From Patescibacteria group bacterium (GTDB lineage: Bacteria; Patescibacteriota; Patescibacteriia; GWA2-46-9), in NCBI GenBank assembly GCA_041660005.1, contig JBAZXG010000007.1:72-64071 (forward strand): DNA of 64,000 nucleotides. The letters are read 5' to 3'. The notes below the pieces were generated by a model that was given only the letters and a program-made list of their open reading frames with translations, had not been told where the DNA came from and ran no database searches. Below are positions 39,828 through 49,403 of the stretch, in pieces (position 1 is the stretch's first letter; each line of letters begins with the position of its first letter). A program made the translations under genes and the position numbers.

Positions 39828-41540
39828 ATGACTCAAGACGAGGCTCTTTCCATCTTGAAAACTGGAACCAGTGTTTTTCTGACCGGTGAACCCGGAAGTG
39901 GTAAAACCCATACGGTCAATCATTACGTCCATTGGCTACGCGAACATAGCATTGAACCAGCGATCACGGCATCGACCGGTATTGCCGCTACGCATATTGG
40001 TGGTCGCACCATTCATTCATGGAGCGGTATTGGTATTAAGAATAAACTTTCTTCTACAGATCTCAGCAGGATTTCGAGCAACACTCGTGTTGTGAAACGG
40101 GTACGCGAGACGCATATTCTCATTATTGATGAAGTTTCCATGCTGTCTGCCAGTACTTTGTCCATGGTGGAAGCAGTCTGTCGGAAGATTCGTGGCGGCA
40201 CTCAGCCATTCGGCGGACTCCAACTTGTGCTCGTGGGTGATTTTTTCCAGCTACCGCCGGTGGTGTCGAGAGATCAAGAAGAGAGCAAGCAATCATCACT
40301 GATCTCTGTGGAAATTAGTGGTTCGCCTTTTGCGTTTTTGTCATCAGCGTGGACCAAGCTGAACCCCGTTGTCTGCTACCTTTCAGAACAGCATCGACAA
40401 GAAGATCCTACATTTTTGGGTATGCTATCGGCACTGCGTCGCGGAACAGTAGATAATACTCATCATGAGTTACTAAAGCAACGATCGGAGACCGTTGCGC
40501 GTTCTGGTGTCACACAACTTTTTTCGCATAATGTTGATGTAGACCACATTAATGACGCTGAACTTCAGAAGTTGCCCGGTGCCACGCAAGAATTTATCAT
40601 GACGAGTCGTGGACCATATGAGTTGGTGACCGCACTCAAGAAAGGTTGCCTATCGCCGGAAACGTTGGTGCTCAAAGTTGGCGCTCGGGTGATGTTCACG
40701 AAAAACGATGCAACCTATCGTTTTGTGAACGGGACGCTTGGAAGTATCATTGGATTCTCAAAGGAAAATAGATACCCAATGGTGAAGATCAACTCTGGTC
40801 GTACCGTTGAGGCTACACCGCTCGAATGGAGTATCGAGGATGGTGGCAGTATTCTGGCGCGTATCACTCAATTGCCGTTGCGGTTGGCGTGGGCGATGAC
40901 CGTGCATAAAAGTCAGGGGATGTCGCTTGATGCCGCGCACATGGATTTGTCGCAAGTCTTTGAGTATGGACAGGGATACGTGGCACTTTCACGTGTGCGT
41001 ACGCTCGCTGGACTAACATTATCTGGTATCAACGAGCGTGCGTTGCAAGTGCATCCGGAGATCCGCACGAAAGATATTGAATTCCGTCAGGCATCCGCGG
41101 CCGCTCAAGAGGAGTTTTCAAGTATTCCGCCTGTTGAACTCTCAGAAAAACAGCACGACTTCATCCTTCGTTGCGGCGGGAATGTGAAAGCAGACCGGAC
41201 CGCGCGAAAAGAAAAGATAAAGATTTCCACCTATGACACAACGAGCGAACTTCTTTTGAGAAAATTATCGATCACAGATATAGCCAAAGAAAGAGGCTTG
41301 AGTTTTGACACGATTCTCGGTCATCTTGAGAAGCTCATAGCCACAGGAAAGGTTAATCCAAAAGTTGACCTTGTTTACTTGAGGCCAAAGTCAGAACGTT
41401 ATGCAAAAATAATAAGGGCATTTAAAAAAATAAGACAACGGACCGGTGAAGTACGCCTTGTCCCTGTTCGTGAAGTCCTTGGAGATAGTTTCAGTTTTGA
41501 GGAGCTGCGTGTGGCGAGATTGTTTTTAGACAATAGTTGA
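39828..41540 (+). CDS. Pif1-like (RecD-type) helicase with C-terminal HTH
   Basis: TGEPGSGKT, IIDEVSM, GDFFQLPPV, QLPLRLAWAMTVHKSQG, GQGYVALSR. Confidence 0.9.
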   Translation: MTQDEALSILKTGTSVFLTGEPGSGKTHTVNHYVHWLREHSIEPAITASTGIAATHIGGRTIHSWSGIGIKNKLSSTDLSRISSNTRVVKRVRETHILIIDEVSMLSASTLSMVEAVCRKIRGGTQPFGGLQLVLVGDFFQLPPVVSRDQEESKQSSLISVEISGSPFAFLSSAWTKLNPVVCYLSEQHRQEDPTFLGMLSALRRGTVDNTHHELLKQRSETVARSGVTQLFSHNVDVDHINDAELQKLPGATQEFIMTSRGPYELVTALKKGCLSPETLVLKVGARVMFTKNDATYRFVNGTLGSIIGFSKENRYPMVKINSGRTVEATPLEWSIEDGGSILARITQLPLRLAWAMTVHKSQGMSLDAAHMDLSQVFEYGQGYVALSRVRTLAGLTLSGINERALQVHPEIRTKDIEFRQASAAAQEEFSSIPPVELSEKQHDFILRCGGNVKADRTARKEKIKISTYDTTSELLLRKLSITDIAKERGLSFDTILGHLEKLIATGKVNPKVDLVYLRPKSERYAKIIRAFKKIRQRTGEVRLVPVREVLGDSFSFEELRVARLFLDNS

Positions 41541-42617
41541 CACATTGGTTCCGTTCTCAATTTTCCGATATCGCGTCGTTCGTCCTTGGCCAAGGCGCTC
41601 AATTTTTTTAAGACGCAATAATACATCGAGCGCCTGTGACACGGTTGGCCGTGCCACTTTTGTTGCTCTAGCAATTTCGCCCGGCGTCGCTTCCGGGGCG
41701 CCTTTAAGATAGTGCCACACCGCGAGCTGCTTGGGCGACAAGAGTCGTTCAATGTTCTCACGCGACAGTAATGTAATTGCCTGTTCGGCCTGTCGTGCTG
41801 ACATTGTCAAAAAGAACTTAAGCCATGGGGTTATGTCTTCATCGCTAGTGCGTAAAGTGACCTGACTTCGTTGGAGTGCTACGTAGTAGTCGGTCTTATT
41901 GTTTTCAATGAGTTTTTCGTGCGAGACATACGGTACATAAGCATAGCCAAAGCGGAGCATCAAAAGATTTGTGAGCACGCGCGACAGCCGTCCATTACCG
42001 TCTTGAAATGGATGAATAGCCAAAAACTCAACAAGGAAGCTGCCGATGACAATGAGGGGATGTGTTTCTTTTGCTGCCAGCGTTTTGTTGGTCCAATCGA
42101 TGAGTTCAGACATATGCTTTGGCGTAAGGTACGCTGGACTTGTTTCAAACAGCACGCCAACGGATTTTCCGGATGCGTCAAATATCTCCACTTTGTTTTC
42201 CGTTTTTTTATATTCGCCACGATGTCGTTCGTCCTTAGTGGCGTATTTCAAGAGTTCTTTATGGAAGTGCTTGATCGTGCTTTCAGAAAAAGGAATGTGC
42301 TTCCATGAAGAGAATACGTTTTCCAGGAGTTCGTAATACCCACGCACCTCCTGCTTATCGCGATCGGCAAATTTCTGCATGCCGAGTCCGCGCATCAATT
42401 TTTCAACGTCGTCGTCGGACAGCTTCGCGCCCTCAATGCGCGTCGAAGATCCGGTCGACGTGATAAGTACTGACCGTTTTAAACGTCCGAGGGCTTGCGG
42501 ATTCAACGTTGCTCCGCCGATCCATTGTCCTTTCAACTCATCGATTTGATTGGTGAGTGACCATAGTGATTGCGGTATTTTTTTTGTTCGTTTATCGCGT
42601 CGATATAGGAGAGCCAT
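41526..42617 (-). CDS. Fic family protein with C-terminal winged HTH
   Basis: HPFQDGNGRLSR; N-terminal inhibitory STRIEG motif. Confidence 0.93.
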   Translation of the reverse strand: MALLYRRDKRTKKIPQSLWSLTNQIDELKGQWIGGATLNPQALGRLKRSVLITSTGSSTRIEGAKLSDDDVEKLMRGLGMQKFADRDKQEVRGYYELLENVFSSWKHIPFSESTIKHFHKELLKYATKDERHRGEYKKTENKVEIFDASGKSVGVLFETSPAYLTPKHMSELIDWTNKTLAAKETHPLIVIGSFLVEFLAIHPFQDGNGRLSRVLTNLLMLRFGYAYVPYVSHEKLIENNKTDYYVALQRSQVTLRTSDEDITPWLKFFLTMSARQAEQAITLLSRENIERLLSPKQLAVWHYLKGAPEATPGEIARATKVARPTVSQALDVLLRLKKIERLGQGRTTRYRKIENGTNVSTIV

Positions 42618-42739
42618 ATAATCTTATATATTAACTATATGAGATTATATACGATTACTTAATTTGAGTCAATTGCCCTAAGTGGTATGATTAGTTAACC
42701 TCGAAAAAATCGAGGTTTTTAAAGGATGCAACCTAGGCA

Positions 42740-42762
42740 GTTCGAATCCCTCCTCTCCGCCA
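42740..42762 (+). other. Isolated tRNA-Ser 3' end (T-arm 3' side, acceptor strand and CCA), att-like
   Basis: gttcgaatccctcctctccgcca; ccctc pairs with the ghost's gaggg at 39757-39761. Confidence 0.75.
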
Positions 42763-42843
42763 AGGATAGAATATTAAACCCGAAAGGGTTCGTGGGCGTA
42801 GACTTGTGGTGAGCTTGTCGAACCGTTATTATGAGTGCCCAAT

Positions 42844-43590
42844 ATGAACGAAGAAACAAAGTCAAAAAAGTTCGAACAAATATTGGAAAAAGCAAAAAAC
42901 GACAACCGAGTTGTTGGACTGATTTTAGCTGGTGGACGCGGAAAAGGTATGTTTACTGAAAATTCAGATTACGATGTTCTTGTAGTTACGACCAATGAAG
43001 CGGCCTCAGCTGTAGAAAAAGATTATAAAGGTGAGCAGGGCGTCATTGATATTGGTGTGCGGTCTCTAGAGGAATTTAGGAATCACGCAACAGTGGGAAG
43101 TGCTGAGGAGTGGGATAGGTATACCTTTGCTCATACAAAAGCTCAAATTGACAAGACGGGAGAAGTTCAAAAAATAATTGACGAGAAAGGAATCTTGCCA
43201 GAAGATAAAATATTAGCAATTTCCAAACACGCACTCGGTGGTTACCTAAATTCTCTTTACCGTTCAGTTAAGAACCACAGAGACGGTAATCAGTTCGCAT
43301 CTCATTTTGATGCTTGCGAATCTTTATCGTGGTTACTTACTTTTCTATTTGCGACCGAAGGAAGAGTTCGTCCTTACAATAAATTTCTAAAGTGGGAGTT
43401 AGATAACTACCCGTTAAAAAATTTGCCAATTAAATCTGAAGATTTTTTGCATAAGATAGCATCGGTTATGGAGTCGGGTGATATAGGTGTACAGAAAGAG
43501 TTTCACATTATTGCAGAGCAAACTGCCCTAGATAATAATTGCGCAGAAGTAGTAGACGGCTGGAATGGTTACTACTTTGGTAGAGAATGA
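42844..43590 (+). CDS. Nucleotidyltransferase domain protein (Pol-beta superfamily)
   Basis: LAGGRGKG....SDYDVLVV followed by a helical C-terminal domain. Confidence 0.75.
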   Translation: MNEETKSKKFEQILEKAKNDNRVVGLILAGGRGKGMFTENSDYDVLVVTTNEAASAVEKDYKGEQGVIDIGVRSLEEFRNHATVGSAEEWDRYTFAHTKAQIDKTGEVQKIIDEKGILPEDKILAISKHALGGYLNSLYRSVKNHRDGNQFASHFDACESLSWLLTFLFATEGRVRPYNKFLKWELDNYPLKNLPIKSEDFLHKIASVMESGDIGVQKEFHIIAEQTALDNNCAEVVDGWNGYYFGRE

Positions 43591-43643
43591 ATATTGTCTG
43601 AATAATTCTATAGGTACCACAGAACCTTTTTTCTAACATAGTT

Positions 43644-45131
43644 ATGGAAAATAAGTACGTTTCAGTTTACCAGTCGTCTGCGCCGCCTTTCCCGTTGGGT
43701 GTCGTGGCAAGTCGGCATGTCAAATCAATGAAGCAAACCATTGGCTTAAACAGTAGTTATTCAGTTATTCATACGGTCTATCATAAAAAAAATGGTGAAA
43801 TGCTTTTTTTAAAAAAAGAGATTCACGATGTTGGTAAAAAAGTGTTAGAAAAACTTTTGAATAATCCTGGTGTTTATTCTGAGTGCCAAGCGAAATATTT
43901 ATTGTACATTAATAAAGCGCTCAAACTTTTAGATAATAAGAATCTTGAAAAAAAGTTATCACGGCTCTCTGACAAGGGAATTGCCGATCTTTTTAAGCAA
44001 GCAGTTTCTTTGTTGGCTCAGGCCTCTGCTTATCCGGAGCAGCCGAATTTCAGCTTAGAACTTTATGGACAGCAGGAGATTAAACAGCGGGTCTTTGATT
44101 TTTTGAAATCAAAAGGGAAAAAGGTAAGCCGTACTGACTTTGATCAATACTTTAATTTATTACTGTTTACGCCAAAACTATCTTTTACCCAGCAAGCCGA
44201 GCTCATGCTTTTGGAGGCGTCTTTATTAAACAAAAAAAGGCAATCAATCGCGGTGCAAAAGTACGTGAATAAGTTTTTCTGGCGTTATTATGATTATTAC
44301 GGCCCTATTGTTGACAGGGAGGCAGCAAAAAAGGAATTTGCAGAGTATAAAAACCTCTCAAAAAAAGTAGTACGTCGGAGAATTAAACAAATACGTGATA
44401 CCTTAAAGAAAGATAAGGTACAACAGAAAAAGGCGTTGTCTCAATATGATTTACCACATGATTTAAAACGAGCAATTGTGTTGTTGCGAAATTTTGGGTA
44501 TTTGTATAGCGAAAAGAAAAAAGAAATGACGAGTCGTGTAAATTATGGGCTTGGTCAAATTATAAAGTTTACTGCGCACAAGAACAACATTGACGAGTTG
44601 TCTTTGCATTATGCTACTCCGGAAGAACTTATTTCATTTTTAAGACACGGTACTATTAATCGGCAACTATTGTCGCGCAGGATGGAAAAATGTATTTTTG
44701 TTTGCGATAAGCAATCTGAATACTATAAAATCTTAGAAGGGGAAAAAGCCGAGAACTTACTTAAGAAACTGCGCGTAAAAGAAAATATTGGATCTGTCGG
44801 TGTGTTAGTGCAAGGGAATAGTGCTTGCGGCGGGAAATATACCGGGCGCGTTAAGGTGATAGTGAATGCTAGCCAAGTCCATAGGATCCAAAAAGGGGAT
44901 ATACTTGTTACCACCATGACCACGGTTAACTTTGTGCCCGCCATGAAAAAATCTGGAGCTATTATTACTGATCTTGGCGGAATAACCTGTCACGCTGCCA
45001 TTGTTTCAAGAGAGCTCGGGATACCCTGTGTTATAGCCACGAAAATTGCCACTAAAACATTACAGGATGGTGACTTAGTTGAGGTTAACGCCAATCACGG
45101 GAAAGTAACAATTCTTGAAAGAAGAGGTTAG
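43644..45131 (+). CDS. PEP-utilising enzyme mobile (phosphohistidine) domain protein
   Basis: C-terminal GDILVT.MT...AIITDLGGITCHAAIVSRELGIPC; no ATP-grasp domain seen. Confidence 0.85.
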   Translation: MENKYVSVYQSSAPPFPLGVVASRHVKSMKQTIGLNSSYSVIHTVYHKKNGEMLFLKKEIHDVGKKVLEKLLNNPGVYSECQAKYLLYINKALKLLDNKNLEKKLSRLSDKGIADLFKQAVSLLAQASAYPEQPNFSLELYGQQEIKQRVFDFLKSKGKKVSRTDFDQYFNLLLFTPKLSFTQQAELMLLEASLLNKKRQSIAVQKYVNKFFWRYYDYYGPIVDREAAKKEFAEYKNLSKKVVRRRIKQIRDTLKKDKVQQKKALSQYDLPHDLKRAIVLLRNFGYLYSEKKKEMTSRVNYGLGQIIKFTAHKNNIDELSLHYATPEELISFLRHGTINRQLLSRRMEKCIFVCDKQSEYYKILEGEKAENLLKKLRVKENIGSVGVLVQGNSACGGKYTGRVKVIVNASQVHRIQKGDILVTTMTTVNFVPAMKKSGAIITDLGGITCHAAIVSRELGIPCVIATKIATKTLQDGDLVEVNANHGKVTILERRG

Positions 45132-45209
45132 GTATTTTTAACCCCCCCCATCATTTAAAATGTCTTACTGCATAACTCATGTGACTGCGATTTTATAAAC
45201 AGAATTGGC

Positions 45210-46445
45210 ATGAAAAACTTAACTCTATTACTTCAAGATTTTTATAAAAACCGGTCGTTTTTAGTAGTTGCTTTATTTTCGTGCCTCTTTTTTTATCTTG
45301 CCTTCTTTTTTAACACCAGCGTTTTAAGCGAACATCAATTTACAGAACTAGCGCGCTCTTTTCTTCATGGTCAATTGTTTTTTTTGAAACAGCCGATGTC
45401 AGGCAAGGTCTGGTTAGACGCCGCACTTTTCAATGGCCATTACTATTGGCCGTTGGGGCCGCTGCCAGCCGTCATTCTCATACCTTTTGTATTGCTTCGT
45501 TTCAGTGTCACTCAGGGCTACTTGAATCTTTTGTTGGTGTCCGCAGTTTTTTATTTGATTTTTAAAATTGCTCAAAAAATCGGCTACACCAAGACAGAGT
45601 CTACTTACTGGTCGTTTGCTTTTTGTTTTGCCTCGGTTTTTCTGGGTGTCGTGTTGGTTCCTTGGAGCTGGTATCTTGCACAAACGGTAACCGTTTTTTT
45701 ACTTTTTCTGTCCCTCTACGAGTATTTAAATAAAAACCGACCTCTGGTCATTGGTGTTATTTTTGGTTTCATTTTATTGACTCGTGCAAATGTTACTTTG
45801 GGTGTCCTTTTCTTTATTCTAGATATTGTTTTCAGTTCGGAGACCATGAGGAGAAAAATAAAAAAAATGTGTTTGCTATTGAATCCTGTGGTGGTCGCTT
45901 TAGTAATTGGCCTGTTCTACAATTATCTTCGTTTTGGAAATTTTTTCGAAACGGGCTACGAAAGTAGTCAGCTGTTAATCGAACCCTTAAGTCGAGCTCG
46001 TGATCTTGGTTTGTTTGGCTTGGTTCATGTGCCAGGCAATCTTTATTATTTTCTCCTTAGTACACCATTACCTGTCTTTAGAGATAGTGTTTCTCATATT
46101 TTAAAATTTCCTTATCTCACTGCCAATGCTTGGGGTATGAGTATTTTTCTTACCTCACCCTACTTTATTTATCTATTCTTTTTAAAATATCGAGATTTGT
46201 TTTCTAAAATGCTCATCGTAACCATTGTGTTAATTGCCACAACTGTTCTCGCATATTACGGTATTGGCTTTAGACAATTTGGCTATCGCTACTCGTTAGA
46301 CTTTTTACCATTTTTGTTCGTTCTTTTAATGCAAAATTATTTTAACGCACACAAGAATATTTCAACTGGATTCAAAGCATTAGTAATTGTCACAGCAATA
46401 GTGAATCTTGTTTGGTTTTCTCAAATTTTTTCTTTTTTGGCTTAA
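45210..46445 (+). CDS. Polytopic membrane protein, probable GT-C glycosyltransferase
   Basis: Many TM helices; YYWPLGP, YNYLRFG, QFGYRYSLD. Confidence 0.65.
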   Translation: MKNLTLLLQDFYKNRSFLVVALFSCLFFYLAFFFNTSVLSEHQFTELARSFLHGQLFFLKQPMSGKVWLDAALFNGHYYWPLGPLPAVILIPFVLLRFSVTQGYLNLLLVSAVFYLIFKIAQKIGYTKTESTYWSFAFCFASVFLGVVLVPWSWYLAQTVTVFLLFLSLYEYLNKNRPLVIGVIFGFILLTRANVTLGVLFFILDIVFSSETMRRKIKKMCLLLNPVVVALVIGLFYNYLRFGNFFETGYESSQLLIEPLSRARDLGLFGLVHVPGNLYYFLLSTPLPVFRDSVSHILKFPYLTANAWGMSIFLTSPYFIYLFFLKYRDLFSKMLIVTIVLIATTVLAYYGIGFRQFGYRYSLDFLPFLFVLLMQNYFNAHKNISTGFKALVIVTAIVNLVWFSQIFSFLA

Positions 46446-46457
46446 CTTTTTCAAGAA

Positions 46458-47171
46458 ATGAAAACCGTAGTTGTTTTGCCTGCCTACAATGCCGCGAAAA
46501 CTTTGGAGCAAACAGTTCTAGCGATACCGGTAGGCAGTGCAGATGAAATCATTTTAGTGGATGACTTTAGTTCTGACGAAACGGTTCGAGTTGCAAAAAA
46601 ATTAGGACTTACCGTTCTTCAGCACCACAAGAATTTGGGCTATGGGGGTAACCAAAAAACGTGCTATCAAGCTGCCCTAGATCACGGCGCCGACATTGTT
46701 GTTATGCTTCACCCCGATTTTCAGTATGATCCTAAACTGATTCCGCACTTTGTTAGCTTCATCAAAGAAGGGTACTTTGATGTGATGTTGGGTTCTCGTA
46801 TTCGGTCGCGGCAAGAAGCGCTGGATTGCGGTATGCCCAAGTATAAATATTATGCCAACCGCTTTTTGACCTTAATTGAAAACCTGGCCACCGGTCAAAA
46901 TCTTTCAGAGTGGCACACTGGTATGAGAGTTTACAAAAGGGAAGTCTTGGAAAAGATTGACTGGCAGAAAAATTCTAATGATTTCTTTTTTGACAGCCAG
47001 ATGTTATTTGAAATTGTGAGTCAGGGTTTTAAGGTTGGCGAAATTCCTGTACCAGTTCGCTATCAACCAGAGGCGTCGAGCATTAATTTTCGAAGAAGTC
47101 TGAGATATGGAACACAGACGTTATTTTTGGCACTCAGTTATTGGGCGAAAAGATTATTTCGTAGGCAGTAA
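46458..47171 (+). CDS. Glycosyltransferase family 2 (polyprenol-phosphate glycosyltransferase-like)
   Basis: VVLPAYNA, LVDD.S.D, NLGYGGNQKT, LHPDFQY. Confidence 0.9.
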   Translation: MKTVVVLPAYNAAKTLEQTVLAIPVGSADEIILVDDFSSDETVRVAKKLGLTVLQHHKNLGYGGNQKTCYQAALDHGADIVVMLHPDFQYDPKLIPHFVSFIKEGYFDVMLGSRIRSRQEALDCGMPKYKYYANRFLTLIENLATGQNLSEWHTGMRVYKREVLEKIDWQKNSNDFFFDSQMLFEIVSQGFKVGEIPVPVRYQPEASSINFRRSLRYGTQTLFLALSYWAKRLFRRQ

Positions 47172-47185
47172 GAGAGCCATATTTG

Positions 47186-47231
47186 TATTTTTGTCCCCCA
47201 TACCTCGTCGGCTTGCCGCGAGGTTACCGTT
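47186..47231. repeat. 46-bp hairpin repeat (copy 1; copy 2 at 62695-62740)
   Basis: tatttttgtcccccatacctcgtcggcttgccgcgaggttaccgtt; two mismatches to the second copy. Confidence 0.9.
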
Positions 47232-47248
47232 ACAGAAGACAAAAATAT

Positions 47249-47346
47249 CCCTCGTAGCTCCTTGACCGTCCGTAGCATTGCTGTGTCCTGCCGTAGTTTT
47301 GTACGAGCGGGAGCGAAGGAGGTGAGTTTGACTCGGCGAAGGGGGG
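47249..47346. repeat. Nested ccgtag...cgaagg REP-like palindromes
   Basis: Three left arms (ctcgtagc, ccgtagc, ccgtagt) followed by three right arms (acgagcggg, gcgaaggagg, gcgaagggggg). Confidence 0.65.
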
Positions 47347-47396
47347 TTACTTCTGTATACCCCATCCCCTTGGGGCGGGGTAATTGATTATGATTT

Positions 47397-47432
47397 TTAC
47401 ACCATTTTGTGCGTACGCACAAAATGGTGTAA
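47397..47432. repeat. 36-bp perfect palindrome (copy 2)
   Basis: ttacaccattttgtgcgt|acgcacaaaatggtgtaa. Confidence 0.95.
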
Positions 47433-47553
47433 TTTGATACTTGCGTAACTCTGCCGCGACCTCTTTCTCGGTTTGCTTACGACCGAGCTAAGGTATCCAG
47501 GACTTTGCCCTGGGGCTAGTACCACTTATTAATTCTCGTATATAGTTCAAGTC

Positions 47554-48192
47554 ATGACTATGCAAAATATTCTTCGAGACGATATTGAATACATTGTTCA
47601 TACAGAACCTGATGGTACGGTTATTGGCCCTATTTCTAAAGTACATGCACACTATCCAGGGGTACGATCTACGCTGACTCATTACTCAACCTGGTCAATG
47701 ATTTTTCATCCGGAGTCTGGGACTTATGGTATTCAACTAAAAAATCCAAAGAAGGGTGACGCACTCACTGATGGAAAGTGGGACATGGGTGTCGCTGGAT
47801 ACAATTGTTACATCAAAGATGGGTCAGCGTGGCGGTATACAAATTTTGAAGAGACGTTAGTTAAAGAAGCGGGTGAGGAAATTGGGCTACAGCTTACTGT
47901 TTTTGACTCTCTTGAAGAATTTTTAAAAAACATAGGGCATACGAATGCCGCATATTTTTTTGACCGGTTTCTTTGGAGAACAAATCAAGACAATGAATAC
48001 GTGGGCCTTGCGTTTGTAACAGTCGTCGAGCAGAAAACAATTTTTGTTGACGATGAAGTTGTTGATTTTAAGTGGATGTTGCCAGAAGAGTTAAAAGAGT
48101 TTTTGCAAACCGGAACGAATTATTGCGCTGCCTTATCAGTCATTTTTGAGAAAGCGGAACAGTTTAGACTAACCGCGTTGAATGAAGTGTAA
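47554..48192 (+). CDS. NUDIX hydrolase (IDI-like)
   Basis: GKWDMGVAG...ETLVKEAGEEIGL, DDEVVDFKW. Confidence 0.75.
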   Translation: MTMQNILRDDIEYIVHTEPDGTVIGPISKVHAHYPGVRSTLTHYSTWSMIFHPESGTYGIQLKNPKKGDALTDGKWDMGVAGYNCYIKDGSAWRYTNFEETLVKEAGEEIGLQLTVFDSLEEFLKNIGHTNAAYFFDRFLWRTNQDNEYVGLAFVTVVEQKTIFVDDEVVDFKWMLPEELKEFLQTGTNYCAALSVIFEKAEQFRLTALNEV

Positions 48193-48328
48193 CATTAACC
48201 AACGTTACTGCTTGTTTTTAGGGCACAGTGGTAGATATTTTCATGTTCTTGACGACAGAGGTCGTAGGGCGTAGGTTGATCGTGTTTGAAAGGACTATTT
48301 TCACCCCTTATTTCATATATTGTTAGCC

Positions 48329-49399
48329 ATGGATTCAGTGCGTGTTGGTATTATTGGCATTGATGGGCTCTATGGTCGATGGTTTGAGCGGGTCTTTCAT
48401 GAGCTTGGCTGCAGTGTCGATGGGTCTGATCCAAAATTTGACGTTGATATACTTAAGCGCAACAAAGAGGTTGTGGCGAATGCTGATGTTGTAATTTTTT
48501 CAGTTCCTCCACGCGTCATGCCGGATGTCATACGGGACGTCATTAGCGAATCCCGTCCTGACCAGTTGTGGATAGATTGCGGTTGTTTAAAGGTTGAACC
48601 GGTACGCGCTATGCTTGAGTCTCGCGCTGAGGTCGTTGGAATTCATCCCATGTGCGCTCCGACCAAGCGGCTCTGGGAAGGGCAGACGGTTATTGTTTGT
48701 CCAGCACGACTTCGTCAGTGGAAAACATGGTTCGATGCATTTATACAAGAGACGGAAGCTCGGGCAAAGGTGAGCACACCCGAAGAGCACGATAAAAATA
48801 TGGCCATTGTTGAGGGACTCATTCACGCGAACGTGCTTATTACGGCGGGTCTCCTCGAGCGACTCAATATCAATGTTCCTGTGGTGATGGAATATATGAG
48901 CCCGATTTACCGTCTCTTTTTTAGTTTTCTGGGCCGTATTCTTCGCCAAGACCCTGATTTGTATGCCGATATTCAAATGTTGAATCCCTCAACGAAGAAA
49001 ATGCTCGATGGACTAGAACAGGAAGTTAAAGCATTTCGTAAATCTGTTGACGACGGGGACGTCGATGGTTTTGCTAAATCATTTCGTGCGGGCGCCAGTC
49101 ACTTTGGGCGAGAGAATCTTTTCTCGGCGTATTATCTTTACGACGAGATGAGTCAAATTTTAACCGATCGCCTTGGCGAGCATCAAATAATTTTGGTGAT
49201 TGAGGACAAACCCGGTACACTGCATCGACTTTCCCGTTACTTTAGCGACGAGGGGATTAATTTAACCTCTCTGCATACGTTTCGATCAGTGAATGGTTTC
49301 TGTATGCGCCTCGGAATCGACCATAAACGGAGTGACCCCAAAACACAGCGTGCTATTAAGGCGATTATTGCAGACGGTCTCGCTACGATAGCGCCATAA
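48329..49399 (+). CDS. Prephenate/arogenate dehydrogenase (TyrA) with C-terminal ACT domain
   Basis: IIG.DG.YG, D.GCLK, GIHPMCAP, EEHDKNMA, YADIQMLNP; DKPGTL...INLTSL ACT. Confidence 0.8.
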   Translation: MDSVRVGIIGIDGLYGRWFERVFHELGCSVDGSDPKFDVDILKRNKEVVANADVVIFSVPPRVMPDVIRDVISESRPDQLWIDCGCLKVEPVRAMLESRAEVVGIHPMCAPTKRLWEGQTVIVCPARLRQWKTWFDAFIQETEARAKVSTPEEHDKNMAIVEGLIHANVLITAGLLERLNINVPVVMEYMSPIYRLFFSFLGRILRQDPDLYADIQMLNPSTKKMLDGLEQEVKAFRKSVDDGDVDGFAKSFRAGASHFGRENLFSAYYLYDEMSQILTDRLGEHQIILVIEDKPGTLHRLSRYFSDEGINLTSLHTFRSVNGFCMRLGIDHKRSDPKTQRAIKAIIADGLATIAP

Positions 49400-49403
49400 G
49401 GTC

